The position numbers were made by a program, and so were the translations under genes. From IMG/VR virus record IMGVR_UViG_3300032322_001172, positions 1-57,506 of that record: a DNA stretch of 57,506 nt. One strand, 5' to 3'. Shown one piece after another: positions 22,701 to 31,291 of this stretch. The stretch comes from a virus (Duplodnaviria > Caudoviricetes). The notes beneath the pieces were generated by a model. It had not been told where the DNA came from and did not search any database. It saw only the letters and a program-made list of their open reading frames with translations. The first letter of the stretch is position 1; each line of letters opens with the position of its first letter.

Positions 22701-25700
22701 TTAATTCAAATACATAAACAGCACCAGCGAAACCTGGTTGATCAATGAATTTTGTTTTTCCTTGATCGAAAATAGTTGGAGAAATTGCTAGTTCTTCCGT
22801 AGCTGGAATATACTCGGCATAATACGCTCCGTTGTCTCGTGCATCAACATAGTCCTGGTAGGTGTTTAAAATAGTTGGCAACGAATACTTTGTATTCTTC
22901 GCTCCTACAACAATTTTTTCAGTATACGGACTAATAGATACATCTTGACCAAAATATTCATTAGGATAAACTTCGAAGCTGGCTAATTTTTGTTTGAGTC
23001 TATAATTAACATTAGCCAGTCCGTTGGTGTTGAACACATACACCGAGCCCTGATTGGTAAAGTTTTTATCTGCTTTAGGGCTGGTTACTACTAAGGTGGT
23101 TCCTGAGTAATCAAGATCTATTGCATAACCAAACTCATCGCCAACATTGATGTTAATATCTTCGACTAAATCATTAAGATCAGCTAGATTTGCCGAGGTT
23201 ATTGTTTGTCTTAATTTGTAAACACCGCCGTCATTTCTTTGATAGATATAAACTTTTCCAACAGATTCGTCGGTGCTATCGCCGATTCTATCCCACAAGA
23301 AACCATTAGCCGACGAATGGTCTCCCGGTTTGACTCCGTAACTTCTTACTGTAGAATCAACTGTTTGATCTGCTCTATCATCTACTAAACGATAGTATCC
23401 CCAACTATTTGTTAGATCGTCATCAAAATATTTTACTACCTGTCCTTCTACATATTCAACATCCGGTCTCCATATTCCTTTGTAATTTACAAAGTATTGG
23501 CCGTCGCTGAGCGGAGCACCTACAGCTAATATACTACCGTCTCTAGACATAGCTAGACTAGTTCCGAAAGAATCTCCTTCTTTTACTAATTCGCTGTATT
23601 GATTTTCTTCTAATAACCCTTGTGCTAAGGTACTATGGTCGTTACCTAAATAAAGATTAAATGGTAGCGAGCAACTAGTTGAGATATTGCTAACTTCTAA
23701 CCAATCGTTAGATTCTATCGACAGAGTACTACCATCTTCGAATGTATCTGTTTGTGCTTCCCATAGCTTTCCGTTAGAATAAACTATTGATCCTTTAGGA
23801 TAAAAAGCCGGCTGTAATGATAAAGATCCATATGTCGGACTTCTTGGAATTTCTCCGTATATTCCTCGATAATTATGATTTTCTAAAATCTTCCATTCGC
23901 TTTGACGAACTTCTCTAATTAAGGTATGCGAGCTGCTGTCATCGATACCGATATCTAAAAGATTTATAGGTAAATTATCTCTAGCATCTTGTATAGATGA
24001 TGCTAGCTGAATTCGAAGAGTATCAACAGCAATTACATAAAACTCTGTGTTATCCTCCGGTGGAGGCGGTTGATCCTGGGTAGAAACATTAACACCGTCC
24101 GGTGTTCCATTAAAGTAAAAAACTTTTTGACCGGTAAAATAGCTGTGCGGATCTCCGAAGTCGATAGTATTGGTGTTGTAATTGCATAGAGATCCAAAGA
24201 ACGATTCCACAGCCGATTGGTTTTGTTGATAGTTGAATAGATACACTCTTCCTGTATTCTGCAGACTACCTACAGCAGATACTGCCATATAATAATCTAA
24301 ACCATTCGATCCGATAGTAACCTTAGATCCGAATTCTTCTCCGGGACTAGGTCTAGGACTCAACAATGCGTTTCTAAATTCCCATTGTAAATTTCTATAT
24401 TCGTATATAAAAATTACACCTTGCTGCTCATAACCAGGATTGGTTCCTGTGATATTCATAGGAATAAATTCTGCCGGTTCCCAATCTTCAGTGTACACAT
24501 CTATTTTAGTACTACCGTCAAAAATTATATTCTGAGCTGTTTTTGCCCTCCACAGTTTTCCTCTATATAGATATATGTCATTAGGGAATATATCTAGATC
24601 AGCAAAAGGAGGCGGATTTGTTAACGGATCGTTATCGCCGTCATCAAAAAGAACTTTATCTAAATCACCTTTAAAGTTGCTAGGAATCCCACTGGCCTTG
24701 GGTGCAGAAATTACTAAGAATCTATTGTCGGGACTTATTGAAATCTCGTTTCCGAAACTATTTTTCACAGCACTGTCTAAGCCAAATGGTGGTGTTACTA
24801 CCTGTTTGACATTGAGATTATTTCCTACTTCGGAATAAATTAGCACTACTCCGGAACCGGGATCACTGACGAACGATTGTTTTAACGATTCGTTGTAAAC
24901 AACTTTGGTTCCTAAAGACTTAGGAACAGCTATTCCAGATTCTGATATAGTCTTAGAAGAGTATTGTTTTTTCTTTTTTATAACTTCCCAGGTTCCGTCA
25001 CCGTTATTATCGATCCACAATCTCGAATTATTTTTTAACAATGCCGCTGATTCTTCATCTATGTCATTGTAATTTCCGAATCTAACAGGAGTTAAAATTC
25101 TTAAATTGTTTGCAATCTTTGTGCTGAGTTTTGGATCAGGCCCGGTAGCAGTATTAACTATCTGGAAGGTATTAAGAGTAGAAGCCAACTCATTATTTGT
25201 AACTTTAAAGAAGCCTTTTAGATTTTCAACATCTATACCAACAATATCACCCACTTCAAGATTATGTCTTCTTGCAGTTGTTATAGTGAATGTGGTTCCA
25301 TCTTTTATTATTTCTTCGATGGTTAAAATAGGCGATTCGTTAAATCTTAATACAGTCCAACTAGTTTTATCAAATGTTATCCAAATATGATCATTTTCTT
25401 TTACTTTGGTGATGTCATATTCTAATAGTGCATCTCTCGACGATACAATATGTTCTACTTGATCTAATTTTACATAACCAGGTGTATGTTTTGGTTCTTC
25501 CTCTAAAGAAGTTTTGTTAATATTTCTTGTAAATGTACCGTTGAAGAATCTTGTAAAATTAGATTGATTAATATTATAATTTTGATTAGCAGTATTACCT
25601 GTTGGCAAAACAACAATATTTTGAGGATTTAATTTAAAATTATCTTTGGCCAATTCCATTTCAAGTTCTTGGAATTCATCTATGCCGCCCATACGACCTA

Positions 25701-28700
25701 TTCTAAAGGCCCATTCCTCGTTGAGTTTAATACTGTCTGTACCGGATCTACTTAATTTGTCAAAAACTTTTGTTATGGCATTTTTAGTGCCTTTTTCTCT
25801 AATAAATCCTTGATAAATTCTAAACTGAGTTACTTGATCTTCTGCCATGTTTTGCAGATAATCTCTAGTTTGATATCCTATCGCATGTCTGGCCAACATT
25901 CTTTGGCTGGCACCTAGACCTTCAGAGGCTACATCGTAATAATCATCGATTTGATTAATTCTATAATCAAAATTCGCAATTAGTTGTTTTTCTGGTTTAC
26001 TATCTAATTTGGTCCACTTAGTATCGTCGAAAGTTTCAACGCCTACTTGATTTTCTAAGCTAGTCCAATTATAAGATCTATAAGCAACAATATCACCTAG
26101 TCTATAATCTTTAAAAGGTTGCCAAACTTGAATGTTAACATTGTCAAATAAGAATCCCGGGCTAGTGTAGTCTCCATCCCAATCAACTGTTCTATATCCC
26201 TGAACACGCATTCTTTCTTGTCGGTATCCAGTAGTTTTATCATAGATAATATCATTGAATACTGTCCTATCTTCAAATACTGTAACATGTTCTTTTAAAA
26301 CATAATGTGTTCGGAAAAAATAAATTCCATCAGTTGTATTAGCATTTGTAGATAGTGTTAATGATTGAAATTCTCTATAAACATTTATCAGATCAGGACT
26401 TAAAATTTGTCCGTCATCGCGTAATATTCTATATTCATAAAATCCATCTAAAAGATTATCCGACACACCAATTGGTATAGTAACTGCAATTTTTTTAGAT
26501 ATCGGAGAAAGTGCGATTATCGATCCGTCTGCCCAATTTTGTCTTGTCCAGAACATAAATTCTTTACAGCTTGTAGTCCAATCATATGACTGGGCTAGAT
26601 CTCTGTCGTAACCGTCAAATATAAATCCTTGAGATTTCAGATACTGCTCGTAGCCTAAAAGAAAATCTACAACATCTTGTATCTTTGTAAGAACAGTTCC
26701 ATAATATAGCTGTTTAACAAACATCTCGTTAAATGCTCTTCTTCTATAAGCATCAACACTGCCTACTAACGGAACTTTAGGAACTTTTTTCCAATTCACA
26801 ATTTCGAAAGTTTCTGTACTAGTATGTGTCTTAATCGCTCTATAAAAATCTGTTCTATATCTTATTAGCTGTCCATTACTATATAGAGTATCTGAACTCC
26901 AATCTTTAAACTGTTCGCTGATTCCACCAACTTGTATTAACGGATCTTTTTGGCTAGGTACCGCTTCAAAGTAATTAAAGTAAGGTTTTAAATCGTCATA
27001 ACCTCGTAGTATCCAACCTTTATTTGTTTTTTCTATTACTACACCACTATAAGACAAAGAAAAAATTGGCGCACTGACATTAAAAATTATATCGTAGTTT
27101 TCGCCGGGTATGAAAATACTACTAGTCGAGGACTTAGGACTCTTGCTGTCTAACAGATATTTCTGCTGATCTTTATCAACAAATCCTGACAATCGATGAG
27201 ATAGATTGACATCGATGCCAAGCAGTTTATTATCTAACACAGAGGTTGAGATTTCTTTTGATCTTAGATAAGCTCTAATATATTGAACTATGCCGCTAGA
27301 TAAACTAGAATTTTCGTTTGAAACTAAATCTTCTATTTTAACAAATGAATTTGTTTTATTAGAAATTACTTGACCTATTTTGTTAAATTTACTCTTCGAA
27401 TTATCGTAATTTCTAGAAATAAATTCAAACGGTCTTAATAAGCACATGGCAATTGTAAATGCGAATGGCCACTCGGAGGTTACTCTCCATGCATATTCAA
27501 CTGGTCCTTCGTCACCTAATGCAAAAGGTCCAGAATTATTAATCAAACTAAAATTAGTAGCGACATTTGAAGCGAGCGGGTTAATTAACTCTCCGGAATC
27601 ATTTACAGGAATATGCGATAACAAGGACGGTCTTTGATATCTTTCATATCTTCCTGCTCTAGGCCCTTGTCTAATAACACCGTCTCTTAGATCTTCCCAT
27701 AATAGCAAGTTTTGATTTGTATAGGGAGGCGCTCCGTATTCTTCTTCCCACCAATCAGGTTTTTCACTAAATCCTAACATTTCCCACGGTCTAGTATGAG
27801 GCTTGTCCGTGTCAAAGAACCAATGATAGACTCCTCTCCAATATCCAGGCAGTCTTCTGGTTTGTGTTGGATCTGTCATCCTATTATAGGTATAGGTAAA
27901 TGCATTTTCAGAATCATAAAACCCATTATCAATATAATTGATATTGGTATTCTGCACCCATTTTAAAAATTCTTGTGTTACTATTTTGTCTATTTGAGAT
28001 TTATCATAAACACTATTGCCAAAATAACCGCCAGCAATCTTATCTGTGTCATTAAATTGATAATCGTATTTTGATTTAATATTGTTATAGATTCTAAATT
28101 CGAGTTCTAGAATAGCATCGTCTCTATAATCGCCGAATGTATCAATAAGGCTACCGTCGTGACCCTGTATTACTTCTTTTGGACTTTGATAAGTATCGTC
28201 TACGAATTTAAAAGGCGTGTACTTTTTGTATAACCCAAGAGATGTAGGAGTTGGAGGAATATAGTTAAATGCTGTCGATACATATTCTCTAATTTCTACA
28301 AGATCTTTTTCGACTAATGGGTGTAGTATTCTAACAAAGCCAAAATTATTATCGAATACATAATCTTTTTCATTTATTAATTGCTTTTTGTTTATGTAAA
28401 CATAAACTGCTCTCTTGCTTAATTCATTGAGAGTAAACTTCTCAGATAAGGCATAAGTTGTTATTCCTTCATCTTCAACTTCATAAGATATTGTAGTGTA
28501 GGCTCCGCTACCTATCATGTCTGATGAAGAATAAGGGCTAGCAGAATTTTTAGTTTTCGACCATGCTTCAATAATGTCATCGACGAAATCAACCGGATTT
28601 CCGGGATATTCTAATTCTGCTGCTAGTGTAAGAAACGCATTTTTAAATTCAGTATACGATTTTTTGGCGAATTGAATAGATTTAATTACATTGATTTCTT

Positions 28701-31290
28701 TATCGCAGGTTAATGCTAATCCCATAGGTGCTGGGAAAGAATGTTTTAAAAATCTATTGGCATAATTTTGATAACCAGAAATATCTCTTAAATTAGAAAC
28801 TCCAGGTAATTTTCCTTTGAAATCAAAATTAAATTCTATAGCAGATGAAATATGGTCTACTGCCTGTCCTAGAGTAAATGTTTGCAAATCATTATTAAGA
28901 GGATTTTTTTCTAATCCTAGGGGTATTTCATAATATCCTTGATCAGGAGGAAGTTCTGTAATAATTTTTATAGATACTATATCATCCTTTTGAAAAGAAG
29001 TTTCAAAAGTAAATGTTTCTCTATTTCTAGTATACGGCGAAGATAATTTTCTACCGTTAAGATAAAAATTAACTATAGATGTCTTTTCATCAAAATAATC
29101 CCAGTTAACAGTATACAAATTTATTGAATTAGTTTGTTCATCAATTGTTAAGCTATCTACTATTGGTTGATTAAACTTTTCATTTAATGTAGTCCAACCG
29201 TTTGCAAAACTATTATCATTGAAAAGTTGATAATAACCAGTTTTCACATTTATAGAATAAGGAACTCGATCGATAGAATAATCAAATTTATCTTGTTCCC
29301 AATTCCAATCAAACTGTATATCTCCCACATTATCAATGTTGAGATAACTTATAGGAAATCCTAGCTCTGTATCTTTTGGTCCGTTTCCGAGTTTATAAGA
29401 TAAAATTTTAGTTCCGGCGAACGAAGAATTTGGATACTTGTCTAAATCTGAAAAACTAATACCTTGCTCATCAAAAGCATTAAACAACGGAGATTGATTC
29501 ACCTTGGTTTTTCTTTGGCTTAATTTCCATTGACTTCCATCGTAGTGATACATCAGTCCTCTATTGCCGCTAGCTTGAGGTAAATTTCCTCTTCTAACTA
29601 AAACAGATTCTCCTTCTATCGGGTCTGAATCTTCAGTTGGGATTAACGAAATTTGTCTTCGATTATTATGCTGAATGAATTTAACTTTATAAATTTTATT
29701 ATTAACTAAACTATCCTCGTCTGCTATAATCAATAATCTTGCGCCGTCGAATAATGGTTCTCCCTCAACTGTGAATCCGAGGCTTCCTTCTATCTTAGAA
29801 AAAACATCTGTGGTAAATTTGTCGATAAAATCAACCGGAGTTTTAGATCTAAATCCATGATTATAAAGTTTTATAGACTTTGTAAATTCTATAATCGGAC
29901 GACGGGCTCTTACTGATTCGTCTGCGGTAAAATCTTGCCCTCGCAATTTATAAGCATATTCAAGAACTGATCTATGGAACCATCTATTATATCTACTCCA
30001 CGGGTTATTGTCTCCGCTATCTCGAGCAATGGTGATATAATCTTTATATTTGGCTACTTCAGTTGCATCGTCAAATGGCTGCATATCAAATCCCGAGCCA
30101 TCAAATACAACTTCTTCTTCTGCATTTTGTATTCCTGTAGGAACAAGTCCTTGAACATTAGTTAAAGTAATTGCTGTACCAACACCTTCAACTAACCAAC
30201 TACCGTGGGAATAGATAGAAGGTGTAACCTGACCGATAAATTCTACTACTAGTCCATTAGTAAAAACTATACCGTTACTACTGGTATAAGATTCTTTTCC
30301 TAATACTTCTAGTTCAATATTAATTTTTGTACTTTCTTCTATATTGGCGATAATAAATTTGCCGAATCTGTCAGGATTTATTTTACTTTGATAAAATAAA
30401 ACATCAGGAGCATCATAGGGAACTTCAAATGTCAATATCCCGTTCTCTATCCCGTTGTTGGTTATTCCCTGATCATAATTCAAAACACTTGCGCCAGACA
30501 CTTCGTCTATAAATTCCCAGTTTTCAGAATCAAGATCGATCGTACTTCCGTCTGGACTGATTGCAACCCTAGCTCTCCATAGCTTGTTGTCAAATACCAC
30601 TAAGGATCCGGGTGCATATGGTAGAATAGGATTATACAATAATGAGCCGGTATCATAATTTGTTCTTATTAATAATCCTTCGTAAGGAGCATTTATTTTA
30701 AATTTATATGTTTGGCCCCTATATAAAGTAATCGTAGGATTATTTGTAAAAGCATCGGGTGTAAAAATATAGGTACTACCTACTCCTAGTTTAACTGAAT
30801 ATGTGCTTTCAATTGTTGAAGTTTGTCCAAGAACAGTGACTGGTGGGGGACATAATGCCTCCCAGTAATATTCTCTATAGTTAACAAACTTATCCCAGTC
30901 AATTGGCGGATTCCAAGAGTAATGAACTTGCTCTGTGATCTTATCGTCTTTCTCGTCTTCGTTTCCGAAAAATTTTATTTGATTTTTAAAATCTAGATAG
31001 TCATAAAATGCTTGTATTTTATCGTCAGATTTAACAGTTACGCCAACTTCTAACTGATATCTACTTCTTAGAGTTTCATCAGTATCGATGTAAACATCAG
31101 ATCCTTTATAGGTTTTTCCGTATCTTTTTCCTATGTAACCTACAGTTTTTTCTAATGTACCCGGCTGGGTTAACGCATCTAAAGTAGATGATAAAAATTT
31201 ATCGTTAGTTTCTGTCTGAAAAACTCGTGGTAAGAGTTCGACTGTCTTTCTAATAGGAATCTGGCTTACTGGAAAAATCTTTTTACTCAT
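16705..31290 (-). CDS. Giant baseplate wedge-like virion protein (4861 aa, gp7-like position) with FG-GAP-like propeller and small aromatic carbohydrate-binding-like modules
   Basis: Uninterrupted 14.6 kb ORF directly after the gp6-like gene; repeats of the type 'FG..(I/L).(I/M)S.DG..L.VGAP'; 'GGSGY...P.V...G.G.GA.A.A' modules. Confidence 0.75.
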   Translation of the reverse strand: MSKKIFPVSQIPIRKTVELLPRVFQTETNDKFLSSTLDALTQPGTLEKTVGYIGKRYGKTYKGSDVYIDTDETLRSRYQLEVGVTVKSDDKIQAFYDYLDFKNQIKFFGNEDEKDDKITEQVHYSWNPPIDWDKFVNYREYYWEALCPPPVTVLGQTSTIESTYSVKLGVGSTYIFTPDAFTNNPTITLYRGQTYKFKINAPYEGLLIRTNYDTGSLLYNPILPYAPGSLVVFDNKLWRARVAISPDGSTIDLDSENWEFIDEVSGASVLNYDQGITNNGIENGILTFEVPYDAPDVLFYQSKINPDRFGKFIIANIEESTKINIELEVLGKESYTSSNGIVFTNGLVVEFIGQVTPSIYSHGSWLVEGVGTAITLTNVQGLVPTGIQNAEEEVVFDGSGFDMQPFDDATEVAKYKDYITIARDSGDNNPWSRYNRWFHRSVLEYAYKLRGQDFTADESVRARRPIIEFTKSIKLYNHGFRSKTPVDFIDKFTTDVFSKIEGSLGFTVEGEPLFDGARLLIIADEDSLVNNKIYKVKFIQHNNRRQISLIPTEDSDPIEGESVLVRRGNLPQASGNRGLMYHYDGSQWKLSQRKTKVNQSPLFNAFDEQGISFSDLDKYPNSSFAGTKILSYKLGNGPKDTELGFPISYLNIDNVGDIQFDWNWEQDKFDYSIDRVPYSINVKTGYYQLFNDNSFANGWTTLNEKFNQPIVDSLTIDEQTNSINLYTVNWDYFDEKTSIVNFYLNGRKLSSPYTRNRETFTFETSFQKDDIVSIKIITELPPDQGYYEIPLGLEKNPLNNDLQTFTLGQAVDHISSAIEFNFDFKGKLPGVSNLRDISGYQNYANRFLKHSFPAPMGLALTCDKEINVIKSIQFAKKSYTEFKNAFLTLAAELEYPGNPVDFVDDIIEAWSKTKNSASPYSSSDMIGSGAYTTISYEVEDEGITTYALSEKFTLNELSKRAVYVYINKKQLINEKDYVFDNNFGFVRILHPLVEKDLVEIREYVSTAFNYIPPTPTSLGLYKKYTPFKFVDDTYQSPKEVIQGHDGSLIDTFGDYRDDAILELEFRIYNNIKSKYDYQFNDTDKIAGGYFGNSVYDKSQIDKIVTQEFLKWVQNTNINYIDNGFYDSENAFTYTYNRMTDPTQTRRLPGYWRGVYHWFFDTDKPHTRPWEMLGFSEKPDWWEEEYGAPPYTNQNLLLWEDLRDGVIRQGPRAGRYERYQRPSLLSHIPVNDSGELINPLASNVATNFSLINNSGPFALGDEGPVEYAWRVTSEWPFAFTIAMCLLRPFEFISRNYDNSKSKFNKIGQVISNKTNSFVKIEDLVSNENSSLSSGIVQYIRAYLRSKEISTSVLDNKLLGIDVNLSHRLSGFVDKDQQKYLLDSKSPKSSTSSIFIPGENYDIIFNVSAPIFSLSYSGVVIEKTNKGWILRGYDDLKPYFNYFEAVPSQKDPLIQVGGISEQFKDWSSDTLYSNGQLIRYRTDFYRAIKTHTSTETFEIVNWKKVPKVPLVGSVDAYRRRAFNEMFVKQLYYGTVLTKIQDVVDFLLGYEQYLKSQGFIFDGYDRDLAQSYDWTTSCKEFMFWTRQNWADGSIIALSPISKKIAVTIPIGVSDNLLDGFYEYRILRDDGQILSPDLINVYREFQSLTLSTNANTTDGIYFFRTHYVLKEHVTVFEDRTVFNDIIYDKTTGYRQERMRVQGYRTVDWDGDYTSPGFLFDNVNIQVWQPFKDYRLGDIVAYRSYNWTSLENQVGVETFDDTKWTKLDSKPEKQLIANFDYRINQIDDYYDVASEGLGASQRMLARHAIGYQTRDYLQNMAEDQVTQFRIYQGFIREKGTKNAITKVFDKLSRSGTDSIKLNEEWAFRIGRMGGIDEFQELEMELAKDNFKLNPQNIVVLPTGNTANQNYNINQSNFTRFFNGTFTRNINKTSLEEEPKHTPGYVKLDQVEHIVSSRDALLEYDITKVKENDHIWITFDKTSWTVLRFNESPILTIEEIIKDGTTFTITTARRHNLEVGDIVGIDVENLKGFFKVTNNELASTLNTFQIVNTATGPDPKLSTKIANNLRILTPVRFGNYNDIDEESAALLKNNSRLWIDNNGDGTWEVIKKKKQYSSKTISESGIAVPKSLGTKVVYNESLKQSFVSDPGSGVVLIYSEVGNNLNVKQVVTPPFGLDSAVKNSFGNEISISPDNRFLVISAPKASGIPSNFKGDLDKVLFDDGDNDPLTNPPPFADLDIFPNDIYLYRGKLWRAKTAQNIIFDGSTKIDVYTEDWEPAEFIPMNITGTNPGYEQQGVIFIYEYRNLQWEFRNALLSPRPSPGEEFGSKVTIGSNGLDYYMAVSAVGSLQNTGRVYLFNYQQNQSAVESFFGSLCNYNTNTIDFGDPHSYFTGQKVFYFNGTPDGVNVSTQDQPPPPEDNTEFYVIAVDTLRIQLASSIQDARDNLPINLLDIGIDDSSSHTLIREVRQSEWKILENHNYRGIYGEIPRSPTYGSLSLQPAFYPKGSIVYSNGKLWEAQTDTFEDGSTLSIESNDWLEVSNISTSCSLPFNLYLGNDHSTLAQGLLEENQYSELVKEGDSFGTSLAMSRDGSILAVGAPLSDGQYFVNYKGIWRPDVEYVEGQVVKYFDDDLTNSWGYYRLVDDRADQTVDSTVRSYGVKPGDHSSANGFLWDRIGDSTDESVGKVYIYQRNDGGVYKLRQTITSANLADLNDLVEDININVGDEFGYAIDLDYSGTTLVVTSPKADKNFTNQGSVYVFNTNGLANVNYRLKQKLASFEVYPNEYFGQDVSISPYTEKIVVGAKNTKYSLPTILNTYQDYVDARDNGAYYAEYIPATEELAISPTIFDQGKTKFIDQPGFAGAVYVFELKDTKYFLTEKIDTQLSPNESFGNSVDCGSNAILVGSPGYIQPAPHLAILAYDGPITGTARLFTKKEGVSSWEVLTTRSPVVEISKIQSISLYDAEKDVKIQDIDFIDPAKLKILAAAEQEIQYKTPYDPAIYNVGTEEKIIDPSLSWAEKHVGEVWWDTSKAKWLYYEQGDLDYRSGNWGTLAEGAEIVVCEWVETVFLPSEWAALADTNEGLAAGISGQPLHPNDDVYTIKELFNTTTGETTGTKYFYWVKGKVTLPETSNRKLSLANITSYISNPLGSGNAFIAFTSSNSIAAYNFNSVISSDKFYLNIQKFKNRTEANETHNEYFLMTENVASSIPPEKLEVKWIDSLIGYDQAGNRIPDPYLHPKQKYGIEYRPRQGMFVDRLLALRIAIDRINLILQDQPFADLIDFAILNSKDEAPSEVLREYDQIVDTYNDLSTVGVTRLKPGVLRANIINGQIESIDVIDGGFGYKSKEIYDQQRGLFKGPPVEIEGNGTGASAISLINSQGIITEVIVIFKGKKYSTANAKVRNFSVLVVNDETLNNFWSIYSWDSTRKSFFRTRSQAFNTSRYWTYADWWKTGYSDNDRIVREISNISLEPSIKVLVGDLIRIKEYSNGGWAIFEKISDTGIEFTDRYQLVGRQQGTIRFLESLYDPSIEGVGYDNTQTFDTAFYDIDNSKELRNIFRAVKENIFINEYDIEWNRLFFTCLRQVFSEQDYVDWAFKTSFLKASHSVGELEEKFNYKNDNLSSYQEYIDEVKPYRTTVREYLSKYNKTDVQNAGTTDFDLPPTYSSVTNTIINVSPRNSIITDYPWKWWSDNKGYSVVSIQVYDGGSGYTTIPKVSVDGDGVGATARAFISNGIVSGIEVLTRGSGFTQAPNVTIIGGTLERQAKAAVILGDGKARTFNLKIKFDRITKDGSVKNYNYTQTFIASGFTSVFELNYAPTFDKSQITVYKNDQIVLSSDFNISLFISELESYSLLKGKISFNTVPDKDDRIVVSYEKNSELFDAVSRINKFYAPAAGMANKEPSQLMTGIDFGGVQIQGTTFDVTGGWDALPWFTDNWDSVEASADYYHVCDGDTLDVTLPYTPADGQEINIYIKRLGNYKPGSYDTNEITGRVTYSGEIAEPPAIRIDDPFYNQLDDSSTSANPNAEMPTFIGDGITNTLEIGRYIQTFAGDILIFRPVESDGSVTITDTNLLDTKLSGGSLESTTTGQQVANNTINGIYTTARGIAAEEILIDGEKFVSPDQVPAPEENVPGQVLDSLSIRVFQSSISSVAPVQTRILYGDGVTQIFDIKATIFESKSLRVYVNKVLCDTENTDSTLLYSINFRTNQIEFFNPPPLYSIIEIISIGIGGVSILDYQEQVVDGNENRFLTAANYSSTTAVVTTVNGIATDSGFLNSSEVQGLPAGKTLVEFGQSPPRLARVKILVLGANPNTDITKLTLVRLNNQVSLYDGSTRSIEIENFQNLNRASANSSFIVELNGRYLRGVDTNYYVIEDKYLTIVSTFIGFETVYELSIGTDPSQPPGSILANNLKVFFNDSLAEFITDYVYDGVTKKIIINQEKLNTGDIVKIENDLESEYDIINNNLVVRSTVSLDENDILDITWFDEYPSMKIIADEFIGGKVVYKLPISPVSATYVWVYKNGTRLTQDVDYTVSLPRSTVNFVVHSTQQDIIKIIVFGSSIFRLPSGFEIYKDMLNIYQFKRWSVNEVELVKDLNYFDNEMEVNDASELAEPILTKNIPGVVYINGERIEYLQKNGNILKQLRRGSYGTPIGVLHASGSKVVDVGPNDTLPYNEEQSRNDFVSDGSTLIVGSLDFVPQLADKSRWYASGLYRDRGVFDINTSYSTKDLVSYNSSYYVNVKPSQGVLPNDTATSLWEPITIPENYGPCDMIEVFVAGRRLRKNPASMYEEEISSSSVDGDKVVEAEFTVDGESPTIRLTKPVPAGTRISVIRKLGKIWKDRGTTTIQSGASLLDNNTPVAKFIAQKSTKLPE

Positions 31291-31291
31291 A

